This document shows, in pieces, positions 49,770-62,400 of a stretch of 64,000 nt of DNA. Source of the stretch: Octopus bimaculoides. Its lineage: Eukaryota. Under the pieces are notes generated by a model. It was not told where the DNA came from. It worked only from the letters and a program-made list of their open reading frames with translations, and ran no database searches. The stretch's first letter is position 1; each line of letters starts with the position of its first letter. Location of the stretch: contig NC_068987.1 of the NCBI RefSeq assembly GCF_001194135.2, positions 104,264,568 through 104,328,567 of the forward strand. Direction: 5' to 3'. The translations under genes and the position numbers were made by a program.

Positions 49770-50570
49770 AAATAGTTTCAAATTTTGGCACCAGGTTAGC
49801 AAGTTCGAGTGAGGGAGATAGTCGATTAAATCAACCCCAGGGCTCAACTGGTACTTATTTTATTGACCCCGAAAGGATGAAAGATATAATCAACCTCGGC
49901 AGAATTTGATCTGAGAACATAAAGACGGACGAAATGCCGCTAAGCATTTTCTCCGGCGTGCTAACGACTCTGCGAGTTCGCCACCTTGGGCGCGCCAGAA
50001 GCAGTAAAAGTATCAAATATTTTAAAACTATATTTGTCAACGAGTGAAGGTGCGTGGCCTAATGGTTAGGGTGTTGTTGGCAAGATCATGGTTTCGATCT
50101 TCGGACCAGGCGGTGCATTGTGTTCTTGAATAAAAGGATTCATCCCCCGTTGCTTCAGTCTATTAATCTGTAAAGGAGCAACCTGGCCTGCAGTGCAGGA
50201 ATATGCTGTGATCTCGGTCGCTTATACGCCATATGAGTCGAGGCAGTAATGTCCAGGGGACTTAGTTGTCAGTAAATAATTACTGTAGTCATTTGAACAC
50301 TGCTTTTTACAAGAACAGAAAGTTTATTCACAAACAATTGAATTAGAACTACTGGTATAATATTAGTCTCAATTTTTGGTACAAGGCCAGCAAGTTCGGG
50401 GGTACGTCGATATAATCGACCCCTGTGTTCAGCTGGTGCATATTTTATCGACTCCAAAAGGACGAAAGGCAAAGTCGGCCTCGGCAGAATTTGAACTCAG
50501 AACGTAAAGACGGACGAAATGCCGCTAAGCATACTGCCCGGCGTGCAAACGATTCTGCCTGCTCGCCATC
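49770..50570. mobile_element. SINE cluster: family A at ~49770-49990(-) and ~50370-50570(-), plus another tRNA-headed SINE at ~50048-50250(+)
   Basis: Family-A cores are visible. The middle element starts GGTGCGTGGCCTAATGGTTAGGG...GGTTTCGATC. Confidence 0.7.
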
Positions 50571-51599
50571 TTAATGATATAAGCTACAGTTCCTGGTTGT
50601 ATTCAGCACTTTTATAAACCGAAGAAAANNNNNNNNNNNNNNNNNNNNNNNNNNNNNNNNNNNNNNNNNNNNNNNNNNNNNNNNNNNNNNNNNNNNNNNN
50701 NNNNNNNNNNNNNNNNNNNNNNNNNNNNNNNNNNNNNNNNNNNNNNNNNNNNNNNNNNNNNNNNNNNNNNNNNNNNNNNNNNNNNNNNNNNNNNNNNNNN
50801 NNNNNNNNNNNNNNNNNNNNNNNNNNNNNNNNNNNNNNNNNNNNNNNNNNNNNNNNNNNNNNNNNNNNNNNNNNNNNNNNNNNNNNNNNNNNNNNNNNNN
50901 NNNNNNNNNNNNNNNNNNNNNNNNNNNNNNNNTCTCTCTCTCTCTCTCTCTCTCTTCCCCCTCACTCTTTCTGCCTACTTGTTTATTTTTAAAGGAGTAT
51001 TACTATTTCTGGTGCGCCCAAGGAAGCGTGCTGGTTGAGTCGTTAGCACACCGGACAAAATGCTGAGCAATTCATGTTTACATAGAAAAGTAAGGTATCT
51101 TGAAAAGTTGAGCTTAAATAAACTGAAAGGGCGTGATTAATCCGTAAATAATCCAGTATGTGAATAGAAATTGCTAAAATTTGAAGAAAAGAAAATAAAG
51201 TTTAAGAAAACCAGATTTTAAAAATAAACAAATGCACAGAGTCACTAAGTGTAAAAACAATTGCTTCGTGAAGATACGAATAATCAGCATCAACTGCTTC
51301 AAGTCATCTCTATCCATCACAATCTATCACAGGAATTTCCTCTCAGACAATTCCATCACAATGTGCGTCGATGGGGCTCTCACCGATCCACATTCTGGAG
51401 TGTTGTCCACATTCTTCTCTTCCTTCTTTCAATACAGTAATGAATTACCTGATATTATTATTTATTATCACATACACTCATGCCTAGATAATGACACATA
51501 TCAGTCTTTAAGGTGCTACAAAAAAGTATTTATCCACAAGTAATCTCGACATTTTAAAACACTATCGCATGAAGACATTAACTAGAGCGATTAACACGC

Positions 51600-51601
<2 letters not shown>

Positions 51602-51672
<71 letters not shown>
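51602..51672. repeat. (ATCT)n microsatellite; other long (TA)n, (CA)n, (GA)n and (ATT)n tracts occur throughout (e.g. 9913-9975, 34198-34243, 52975-53022)
   Basis: Directly visible. Confidence 0.95.
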
Positions 51673-52966
51673 AAAGTCATTTTAAGTCGTGTTTTATGGC
51701 ATACTCTATTCAAGGAGGGAAGGGCTAGGGTTAGATGTTCTAGGTATAGGTAGTTTGTTTGGTATCCCTTGACGAAATTTGTCCACATATCGTTTGAAAG
51801 TAATGGGGTGTTTTCTTTATATATACCAAGCTTTCCTAATATAGAAACGATACATATCTTAACTCCTGAAAACTGCTTTTAATATTAAGTCTCACAAGCC
51901 GATATTTCCTAATAGCGACACACACATAACAAAAACTGAATTCTCCTCCTCAAATGAAAACAATTACACCTGAGAATAAAAATACTTAAAAGTTATAAAT
52001 TATGTTAAAGGATTGAAGCATTTGTTATTTAAAGTAGCGGTGTCATTTTTCCCTCGAGGAGAAAGTTTCTATAAAATGCTGAGCCATAAGATTAGCGTCT
52101 CTATAAAAAATTTATACTGGTTTATATTTATAGACCGTGAAAGAAAGAACCGCTGGTCGCAATAAGATCCCCTTTGATATAATATCTTGTTTGGTATATC
52201 TCTTCAAATACCTGAATATTACTTCAGTTATAAAGGTACTCTGTTTATCGCCAAAATATCTATTCCGTGGGCAATACAGAATGCATTATATGAAATTATT
52301 CTCATAATTGCTGAGATTACACGATATGAAATAACTAATCCCAACTACTCAGATAAATGTACATCTTGTACCGGCGGTTAAGGCTAGTGTATTTGACAGA
52401 ATATATATACATATAATTAATGTTACTGAAACCAGATTTTGTTAATGATGAACATATAATTATACGCTCTCCATAAGCTTTTACATAATTAACGAAAACT
52501 TCAACGTCCAAGCTTTCAAACAGCAACAAGAAAACAATAACAGCAAACACTGATGTTAAGCTCGAGTGTGGAGATGTACCCAGCGTAACCATACATCGAA
52601 ATGCCTGTATACATCATGGTTTGAATTAAAATGCTTTCTCCAAAGACGGTTATTGCCCGTAACTTTCACGTGATTCGCCTGAAGTGTATTTCAGTTAATC
52701 ACGCGCACGTGCACACCGTATACATATTTTATATTACGCCTATATTCATATTGTTTCGAGCTTAGGGCAATCCTCTTAAGTCGAATTTTGTTCGTATGCT
52801 AGGCCCTGTCAAAATATATTAACCAGGAAAACCACTCGATGTAACTGAAAAATATATGCTTTGCTGGATATTCAGGAATGTTATAAGAAAATCCACTTAA
52901 GCGAACAGGTGACGAACACGTGATAAACTAAGATAGAAAGAAATCCATCCTTTTCAAAATGTCCGC

Positions 52967-53022
<56 letters not shown>

Positions 53023-53744
53023 NNNNNNNNNNNNNNNNNNNNNNNNNNNNNNNNNNNNNNNNNNNNNNNNNNNNNNNNNNNNNNNNNNNNNNNNNNNNNN
53101 NNNNNNNNNNNNNNNNNNNNNNNNNNNNNNNNNNNNNNTAACACCCGAAAAGGCAGACGTTCGCTTTTGCCTGATAATCACTTACATGAAAATCTGAGTA
53201 ACAGCCTGGGAAGGTTTTTAGATTCAATAAAACGCTGAGAGAGAGAGAGAGAGAGACTGACACGAGAATTTGGGCGAAACATAATCTTGAATAAGAATTC
53301 AGAACTTTTGAGTTTATAAATGTGAATACTGGATAGTAAACACCAAAATCCTGACAAACCGACCTATTGACCTGGTTTAACTCTTAGCTTAAGTGCTTCC
53401 AGTTCATTTGTGCCAATTATGACCCAGAGAAAACAAAGTTATAAATGTTACAGCATCATTTACTTGATTCTTTAATCTGGATACATCTACTTTATAAAAG
53501 TAAAAATCGATATTCTCAAGGAATATTGATTGAAATATTATGTGTATTTAGTGGAGGTGGGGCATAATTTTCTGTAGTCTACCTATATCAATTCACTTTT
53601 GTGGAGTCTCTTCGTCTTTAACAGCATATAATGAATCACTCGTCAATGTTGCAATGCCATTGGTGACTACTGTGCTGAGGGGTGTAGTTTTTAAAGTTTT
53701 TGTTTCTATTGTATTGATCTTATGTAAGGGCTGGGTTCTTAGTC

Positions 53745-53940
53745 TTCTCATGCCTTTCAATACAGGTGAGATCAATGCTGTTAATATTTCTCTTGAATAA
53801 TTCAAAGCTGACGACTGTTGGAAACATAAGAAGGAGATACAAAGGAAAGATTGTCTGGGAAGTAAAAACTGGTAGCAGTGCTTGGTGCCGGGTTTGATGG
53901 ATGAATAGAATGTAGATAATGAGGTGAGCAGAAACGAGTA
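53745..53940 (-). mobile_element. LINE (CR1/L2-like group) 3' end remnant
   Basis: Frameshifted minus-strand reading IKPGTKH.../FPTVVSFELFKRNINSIDL resembles LINE C-termini of the type ...WNSLP..VFP..Y.L..FKRNIN. A family-A SINE abuts it at 53947-54145(+). Confidence 0.55.
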
Positions 53941-55415
53941 AGTGGAGAGGCGGTGAGCTGGCAGAAACGTTAACACGCCAAGCGAAATGCTCAGCGGTAT
54001 TTCGTCTGCCGTTTCGATCTGAGTTCAAATTCCGCCGAGGTCGACTTTGCCTTTCATCCTTTCGGGGTCGATAAATTAAGTACCAGTTGCGTACTAGGGT
54101 TGGTGTAATCGTCTTAATCCCTTTGTCTGTCATTGTTTGTCTCCTCTTCAAGCACAGCGTTTTCTGGCAAGAGATCGGAATGTGTTGCTATAAGATTTCA
54201 TGCTAATCAGTTAGGTGGCTTTTTTTGATAAGGTCTTGGATAACTGCATGTGTATCACCCCAAATGTAGGAGCAGTTCGCCACTGTGGGTCCCACTTCAG
54301 TTTTGCAGAGAGTTAGTAGGTGTTGAAAAATGTATATTTTCTGATCCTGAAGTGAAAGACCAGTTAAGCGGGATATTAAAACGTAAGTGTCGTGAATACG
54401 CATGCAGCAGAGCGTTGGTTACACGACAGATTTTCGATTGCTTACTTGTACGTTATTCATTCAAATCAGACTAGCTCAATTTGAGAGGATAACGTGCCTG
54501 CATTAGGCCTTAGACTGTTACTGAGATGTTGTTGCATAAGAGACAAGGTGTGTTGGTGTGTTGGCAATTAGCAGTTAGCTTGGAATTTTCTGTCATTGAT
54601 TTGATTCTTTCGAAACTCTTTTCACAATGCTAAAAGTCAATATTCCAATCGAAGGAATGGCTGTGGAAGTGATAAGTATACAATAAGGCAAAGCTGTGCA
54701 TCGCTATCAACATATTTGATATTTTTTCTCAGTCTTGACCTCTGCTGCGTCTGATGTGCACTATCTGGTGAATGTTGAGGGAGTTTTTTTTTTGCTTTTG
54801 CTTTTATGCAATTTTGTGAAATGGTAATGGACATGTGATATGTTTTTTTAATTATATTCAGGATAAGAACAACTCTGTTCAAAACGAGTATTCTCTAGCT
54901 TCTCCAATACTTGTAAATTCCTCGATAACTTGGTCACTTGTATCGAAGAGAAGGATATATGGATATATGAGATTTATGTGGGAGACTTTTATATGCTTTT
55001 CCTTGGAACCTGCATGAAAATGAGATGTATATTATTCCTTGTGCATAAAAACGAAGACTTTGACTTTTGTCTGAAGTCAGTTCAAGATATTGCATGAATT
55101 ATATTCAGATATTCAAATTCTGTTACTGTCATGAATAATTTGTTTGCCGTTCATGTTGGGTTTCCAACATGTCATGCGGATTTGTAGCTGGTCTAAAATC
55201 GTTTTAAGAAATTCTCTTCTTCCTCTTTTCCCTTTTCGTATTAGCAGACATAAAAAAAAGGCGTTAACTCTGCTAGGCAACTTTTGAAAGCAATTTGGTA
55301 ATTAGGTAAATCTGTGATGACAGATTAGAATCATTAAGCAATGAAGCTTACCGAATTGTTCAATATGATTTCCTTCGAAAGGTTTAGACTGAATTTTATT
55401 TTTGTTTACTTTTAG

Positions 55416-55502
55416 ATATTTGTGCCACTGCTGAAAGCCTTTTTGGAAATGTCATCAAAACAAGAATCAAAAATACCTTTGAGTTATTCAGAATATTTAA
55501 AG
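55416..55502 (+). CDS. TDO2: Tryptophan 2,3-dioxygenase, first visible coding exon (likely ATG 55449: [18 protein letters not shown])
   Basis: Acceptor ttttgtttacttttag|A and donor AAG|gtaagc, phase 0. It joins the next exon to give [12 protein letters not shown] (cf. the conserved Y..YL.L..LL of TDO). Confidence 0.85.
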
Positions 55503-55922
55503 GTAAGCTGCTTTGAATATGCAAATGATATTGTGCTGCAAGAAATCAAACAGATCAAACGCATTTGTGTTAATTTAGGTACAGCATATGTAGAAGTATA
55601 GCCATCTATGGATTTAAACACAATATTTCTATAATTATTCTCTTAAAATCGATGCATGAATTTTAGATTAAGCGCAAAAAAAAAAAAAAAAATTCAGTTG
55701 ATGAATCGATCAATTGATCAATGTCCTTTAATGCTTAGTTTTCCCTCAAGGTACAGTGTTGAGAAGTTAATTTGTAATCTGTTTTTCAATCTAATTTCAT
55801 TAGATAGGGGTTAGATTTGTGCTACAAGTTGTTTGGTTATAATTAACGCAGATTATTGTTCCACATAGGACACTTTTTAACATTACAAAACAATTTTACT
55901 TGACAATTAAATGTGCTTGCGT

Positions 55923-56140
55923 TAAGGCGGCGAGCTGGCAGAGTGGTTAGCACGTCAGGCGAAATGCTTAACAGTATTTAGTCTGTCTTTACGTTCTGAG
56001 TTCAAATTCCGCTGAGATCGACTTTGCCTGTCATCCTTTCGGGGTCGATAAATTAAGTACCAGTTGCGTACTGAGGTGGATCTAATTGACTGGCCACCTC
56101 TCCAAAAATTTCGGGCCTTGTGCGTAGAGTAGAAAAGTGT
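55923..56140 (+). mobile_element. Family-A SINE (tail a) in a TDO intron
   Basis: AAGGCGGCGAGCTGGCAGAGTGGTTAGCAC... ending GGGCCTTGTGCGTAGAGTAGAAAAG. Confidence 0.9.
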
Positions 56141-56223
56141 TACATGTGTTTGTGTGCTTTAATCAACCTTAGCTATGGAACAAAAGTGAAGACATAATCG
56201 AAGTCCTTAACACAGTGTAATTA

Positions 56224-57910
56224 TGTTATGATGATCTATATATTTATGCATCAAAATCAAGATGATATTTATTAAACATGGCACCCAGGGCTCGACTAGG
56301 TATTTATAAGTCAAATATGATAAGTCATGAATGATCAGTGATTAACCGTTCGTGACTTACAGTTACGTGTTCAGATCATGACTTATTGCTCAAAAGTGAC
56401 GATTTATCAATAATCCATTTTATACCGATTCCTTAATACTGAGTAATTGACTGTAAAACTGAGGCGATACCAAGTTAGAGAAATATTTAGTCATCGGTGA
56501 ACGTTTTTTATAAATTTAACCGACGAAAGTTTTAGCAAACGAAGTTGAAGATATTATTCGAAAAGTTGGGATTTTTTACAAAGCCAATACGATAAAAATT
56601 ACTATGCAGAATTCCAGATTAGACTAAATCTTCAACTAATTAAAAGATGAAAAGGATTGTCTTTTGATGACTCAGTTTTTGAAATTGTGGAATTTTTGTT
56701 TAGAACAAATCTTTAATAATTTCTACAAAGGTCAAAAGGATTATCTTTTGGTGATTCAATTTTGATTTATATGCAATGTTTAAAAATAACCAGACAATTC
56801 AATTGGGTGTTTCCTGATCTATATTTAGCTTTCTTTTCTGCATTATATACTTTATGGATGCCATATATTAACTTTCATCTTGGTACTCAACAGAATTAGG
56901 TTAAACTTGACTGATAATTCCAAAGTAATTAAAAATTTGTTTAAATATGATAAATATTAATGTGATGAATATGAATAACATGAAATGGTTTTAATAGGAA
57001 AAAAAGCTGTGGAATGTTTCCATGTTGCTGAAAATATTTCTTTATCATTAAATTTCTCACAATATATTTATTATAACTAAGCAATTAATCAATATGGAAT
57101 GATATTTATTTCTTGTAATCAACATTACTGCTTAATCAGTCACGTTTAATTTAATTATGGTGCGTACCAAGACGAAAGCGGGACGTCAATATGTGACGTT
57201 GATAAGATGTTTGATACAGAATGGAATGCCAGATATAGGTAAGAAAAGTCTCATTTGAATAGTTAGATCACTGGATATGAATTAAAGCTGATTCACTAAA
57301 AGATAATCCATTTCACCTTTTAATTGGTTAATTTGTTGTAATCGTAAATTCTACATAACATTTTTATTCTATTGATTTTGTGGAAAACACCATAAACTTT
57401 TCAAATAATGTTTTCAACTTCCTTTGCTAAAATTTCATTGGTCAAATTTAGAGAAATGTTTTTCGTTGTCGGCAAGAATTTCTCTTACGGAATTAGCTAA
57501 TTGACAAGTTGAATCGTCAGTTATGATCACTAAGTCATGATCTGAACTGTAACTTATGAATAGTAATCATTCCTGATTAGGATCTGATTAATTTATAACT
57601 GATGACACCCGTGGATATTCCACAACTTATAAATGTTCGTATTTATATTTTGATGCATAAATTTATAGATTATCATAACATTGTCATATACAGGTGCCAA
57701 TGTCCTAGTCAGGAATGGTAACCATTCATAATTTACAATTACGAGTTCAAACCATGACCTAGTGATCATAACTGACGATTTAACTTGTCAATTGGCCGAT
57801 TCCGTAAAACTGAGAGATGGTCAGTAAGACTTAAGTGACGCCAAGTTAGAAAAATTCTTGGCGACAACAATGATATTGGCGACACGATAATATTTCTTGG
57901 AATTTGTCAT
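56224..57910. repeat. Three diverged copies (+,-,+) of an unrecognised 200-400 bp repeat in a TDO intron
   Basis: TGTTATGATGATCTATATATTTATGCATCAAAAT (56224) is inverted at 57647-57680. The shared block GTTCAGATCATGACTTA.TG.TCA.AA.TGACGATT occurs at ~56370(+), ~57510-57550(-) and ~57745(+). Confidence 0.7.
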
Positions 57911-58647
57911 TTAAATCTCCTCGCAGGAGATAAATTAAATACTAAAGTCAGTGTTATCGGTCATTCTCATGCGTTTACAAAAAATATCCTTGGACTATTA
58001 GGTGAAAGTGAATTCAATTTGATGTTCATGTCGTTCCCCCAAGATAGTGTAATGTAAAGAATATATTTTAACTAAGAAAGGAAATCACGTATCAGACTAA
58101 ACTCATTAACCTGATGTGTCCACACATGGCTTTATCCACTCTCGTTATATTTAAGATTACCTCTTTTAATAAAGAGGGTGAAAATGATAGGAAATAGAAG
58201 GTAGAATATAAATTTGAAAATGAAGTGTTACGCAGAATGAAGGACAATTATTACGATAGGTGTGACGTTATGAAGTCGGTAGAATAGACTGGTTTTGATG
58301 GAAGGCAAATAATTAATTGGAAAGAGCATCTTCCGAATCGTTTTCCTTATTTCTTACAGGAAAATGAACTTTTTATATATAAAACACGAGCCAGTGTTGA
58401 AGTCGGTGAAGCGATTCCGATCACCTTGTATCAGAATAATGTTCTTTTAGCAATAGTATCATACACCGATTCTCCGTTTGAAAAAAGTCAAAGTAGGGAC
58501 CGACTAAATATCCATTATAAGTCATCTCGCATGTGATTCGAAAGCTCAGTAATTTATGTAGATACATATTCAACTATTGTTTAAACACCAACTGAAAGGT
58601 TTTGCTTTGCATTAGTTACCTTTCTAATTCTTATCCCTCTTTTGCAG

Positions 58648-58738
58648 CTCAACAGACTCCTGAAATGTCAGACTCCAGTCAGCGTTGAAGCGGGTGAACC
58701 GGTTCATGATGAACATTTATTTATCATTACTCATCAAG
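58648..58738 (+). CDS. TDO2: Tryptophan 2,3-dioxygenase exon: [30 protein letters not shown](A)
   Basis: Acceptor ttatccctcttttgcag|C and donor CAAG|gtaaac. Contains the TDO signature [11 protein letters not shown]. Confidence 0.97.
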
Positions 58739-59249
58739 GTAAACTGTCGTTATTGTTTAGCCTCAATTTGTCCGTTAAGTTATGTACAATCCAATCGTTT
58801 TTTTTCTTTTTTTAGGGGATGGGATACTCTGTTCCAGACTAGTATTTAATGTCTTGTATAAGGTTATTGTAAGTAGCATTTCGAAGACCACGTAAAAGTT
58901 CCCTTGTTGGTTTATTATTAAAATAAGTCATATAAGAATGTGGCTCTTAATTCCACAATTTTCGGTACGCTCTGGTGTGTTAGTGTAAATAGAGACTCGT
59001 CCATGGCCTATGCTACTAGAGTACTCAAATTAAGAAATACATACTAACGAAATACTGAACTATATGATACTACTTAAGGCTGTTCATAGCAATCTCTGGA
59101 ACATTGCGTATTAACTACATCTGTCATGGATACTGTGCAGTACTACAGACAAATTCCAAACCAAAAACATCTCAGCCAGTTTTCTCTTTAGACTTGATGA
59201 ACCGCAGCTCATTAAAAATGAAAGTGCTATATAAATTTTCACTATCCAT

Positions 59250-60540
59250 TTTGACTTGCCTTTCTATCCAATTTAGTAACTAATTAGTGCAAAGTCCATT
59301 GTAGTAGCGAAAGAGGGAGCTGAGATTGAGAGTAAAGTCTGTGAGATTAATTTGTAGCGTCTTCGTGAGTGAACTGTCACAAAATCATTGAATGGTTCTC
59401 CTTTGAATGTGGTCTACATGGCTTAAGGGCATAGCTGCAGCATCGCCCCACTTATTTGTACTTTCTCGAGAGTTAGTAACTGACTGAGATTGAAGTACTA
59501 GTTGGTTTTAAAGAGTAATGCCGGTTTTTGATGATGCAGCTTTAACAACGTAATATATATGGAGTATTTGTGAGAGATCATAAAAAAACAATGGGGCTTA
59601 GCGTTTGTAGTGACTTTGAAGGTTTTAATTATATGTTGTTTATGACTAGAAGGTATTTCCTTCCTCTAGTCTTTGTTGAAAGTAACGAGTTTATCGTGTT
59701 CTCTTCAAAAAGCATTCCTTTCACAGAGGTGACATAGATCTGGATGAGGTGTTTAAGTTGCATGTGAATAACACCTGTTTGCAGCAGTTTAAGGCGAGAT
59801 GAAGGGCGATATCATCTGGATAGAAGGGAATGTTGTTGGAAGTGAGAAAGAAAATACTGTTGATGCAAGAAAAAAAATTGTGCGTGTGCGTGTGTGATGG
59901 TTACATTACTGAACAGAATTGTTAGAAAGTAGATGGGAGAGAGTCTATTCACGTGCGCTGTAATGCTGCGGTCTGCTAGAAAGTTTACTGTCTAAGAAAT
60001 AAGATACCAATAGAGTCCATAGGCGGAAAACCTCGGTAGAATGTTCATGAGAACCTTCTACATTGATGTCAAATGTAACAATATTCATAATATCGAAAAT
60101 CTCAAAAGTGCAAACCTATTTCTAGAGATTGGAGCAGATTCTTATAAGAGAAGAGGTGTGAGGTTTTTCAGGTTATAGGAGTTGGTAGTGTGAAGGGACA
60201 TTCATAGGAGAGCGATTTCAGTGATCCACTTTATCTCAAGGCTAATCGAGAACTAATACACTTTTGCTGCAGTCGGCATAAAACTGAGGAGCTCCGATGA
60301 GTTTGTTGACTTGAACACCAGGGGAAAAGAAATTTAGGTGCTGTGAGGCAGGGGTGGGTGGAGGTTAAGTGCGTTGCCTCGATTAGACAGTCAACAGACG
60401 GATGACCAGACGAGTTGAACGGGACATGGGATGGCGATGGTTGGGACATGTTTGGGAGTTGTTGACGTGAGAAAGCGTTCAACGATATTTAGACACTAAC
60501 GAGAGTAGATACTTCAGAAGGCTATTAGAGTTATGCTTAA
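59250..60540 (-). mobile_element. Highly decayed Penelope-like retroelement RT remnant in a TDO intron
   Basis: Minus-strand fragments IVTFDINV..., LVSYFLDSK and FYPDDI (cf. LVTFDV.SLY, L.YFLD and YIDDI of Penelope-like RTs), with numerous stops. Confidence 0.4.
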
Positions 60541-61077
60541 TAACCATTTTACGTCAAGGTGATAAAGCAGTGAATAAATAAAAGAATGTGTAACTCCAGA
60601 TAACTGGAGATGGTATCATTGGAAATGTCTTGTAAAAAGTAAAAAAAAAAAAGTCAACATGGCGGTGCCCCAGCATGGCCACAGCTCAAGAGCTGAAACT
60701 AGATAAAATGAAATGAAAAATTTGAATTTAATAATTCAGAAGAGCCCAAGCTGCTAATATCACCTCTTACATACCATATTTGATAGCATAAAAGATGTAC
60801 GGGTACATTTGACGCACCCCAATTTCATCAGCGTATGTTCAGGAAGAAAAATGTCTTTAGCGCATTAAAGCTTATGGGAGGCCCAACTTCGCATATTGAA
60901 CTAAGGGTGATTTTCTGAGATTTTTCTTTTGAGAAAAATGTAGGTCTTATATGTAATCAAATACGGAAATTAATTATGTTATAATGAATAGTTTTGTTGT
61001 TCTTTCTTTATGAATTATATTTTGATACTACCAATTATCACTCATTCTAACAAAATATCTATTTAATTTCGTTTCAG

Positions 61078-61145
61078 CTTATGAACTATGGTTCAAGCAA
61101 ATTTTATATGAAATCGATTCAGTTAGGGATCTTTTTTCACTTAGT
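61078..61145 (+). CDS. TDO2: Tryptophan 2,3-dioxygenase exon: (A)[22 protein letters not shown]; the gene continues beyond the window
   Basis: Acceptor atttaatttcgtttcag|CT and donor AGT|gtaagt. Phase 1 matches the previous exon, giving [13 protein letters not shown]. Confidence 0.97.
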
Positions 61146-61602
61146 GTAAGTATACATGCATAAACTTTTAATTAAAAGTATAGTTTTACGCAACCCCACT
61201 TCAACTAACTCTACCCGCACTATCATTTAATCTGTTTGAATGTGAAAACGTGTAATATTGTCCAAAGTGAAACGTAAATATTTTTTTTAGTGATAAGTCA
61301 CGTTACCAATTAGAATTTTGCACTGTGATCAAACCTGTCTTAACCAGCAATATTATATATAACGCTACCAGACAAAAAATGTAGATGGATTCATAAAAAT
61401 ATAGATCATATTTGACATTAATTGGCGTGATTTTCTAAGCAGAAAAGCTGATTATCAAAATATATCTCTTTAATTTCATCGTTTATTTCTAATTACACTG
61501 TCTGATCTCTATCCTGGCCGGTCACACCACCCTGTTCCGACTGATTTTTTCTTCTAATTCTGTTCATTCCGTGTCACATTTTTTATCATTATCTACGTCA
61601 TT

Positions 61603-62020
61603 AAGGCGGCGAGCTGGTAGAATCGTTAGCACGCTGGACAAACTGCTTAGTGGCATTTCTTCCGTCTTCATGTTCTGAGTTCAAACTCCGCCAAGGTCGA
61701 CTTTACTTTTCATAATTTCTGGGTCGAGAAATTAAATACCAGTTGAGTAGTGGGGGTCGATGTAATCGATTATCCCCTCCCCTCAAATTGCAAACCTTGT
61801 GCTTATAGTAGAAAGGATCATTGTCTACCTCACGAATGCGGCGATCTGGCGGTATCGTTAGCACGCCGGGCAAAATGCTTAGCAACGTTTCGTCCGTCTT
61901 TACGTTCTGAGTTCAAATTCTGCCGAGGTCAACTTTCGGGGTCAATAAAATAAGTATCTGTCAAGCACTGGGGTCGATGTAATCCGCTAGTCTTCTTGGT
62001 ACCTATAGTAGAAAGGATTA
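61603..62020 (+). mobile_element. Two tandem family-A SINE copies
   Basis: Heads at ~61603 and ~61838 with standard cores. Confidence 0.8.
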
Positions 62021-62077
62021 TTATGTACTTCAATTGGATCACTATTTCTTTCAATGTTATGACTAAAGAATTAAGTC

Positions 62078-62400
62078 AGGGCGCGTGGCTTAGTGCTTAG
62101 GGTATTCGGCTCTCGGTCGTAAGGTCGTGAGTTCGAAAACCGGCGGCGCATTGCATCCTTGAGCAAGACACTTTATTTCACGTTGCTGCAGTCCACTCAG
62201 CTGGCAAAAATGAGTGGTACCTTATTTCAAAGGGCCAGCCTTGTCACATTGTGTCACGCTGAATCTCCCTCGAAACTACGTTAAGGGTACACGTGTCTGT
62301 AGAATGCTCAGCCTCTTGCACGTTAATTTCACGAACAGGCTGTTCCGTTGATCGGATCAAATGAGTCCTCGACGTCGTAACCGACGGAGTGCCAGCGCAA
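62078..62400 (+). mobile_element. tRNA-derived SINE sharing the family-C 3' body but with a different head and central domain
   Basis: Head GGCGCGTGGCTTAGTGCTTAGGG...GAGTTCGA. From AAAGGGCCAGCCTTGTCAC onward it matches the reverse complement of 7565-7745. Confidence 0.8.

Larger units (their letters stand above)
2393..53139. other. Assembly N gaps (approx. 2393-3108, 5008-5017, 5469-6240, 16025-16145, 18643-18813, 27581-27590, 29995-30833, 37840-38252, 39429-39547, 42374-42383, 45009-45018, 50629-50932, 53023-53139)
   Basis: Runs of N, mostly next to microsatellites or SINEs; they may hide exons. Confidence 0.98.

Noticed and set aside
2370-53263. Long ORFs containing X runs in the ORF track
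   Set aside because: They are translations through N gaps, not genes.
53593-53976. 127-aa minus ORF with a strong acceptor
   Set aside because: It is composed of a SINE end plus a LINE 3' remnant.
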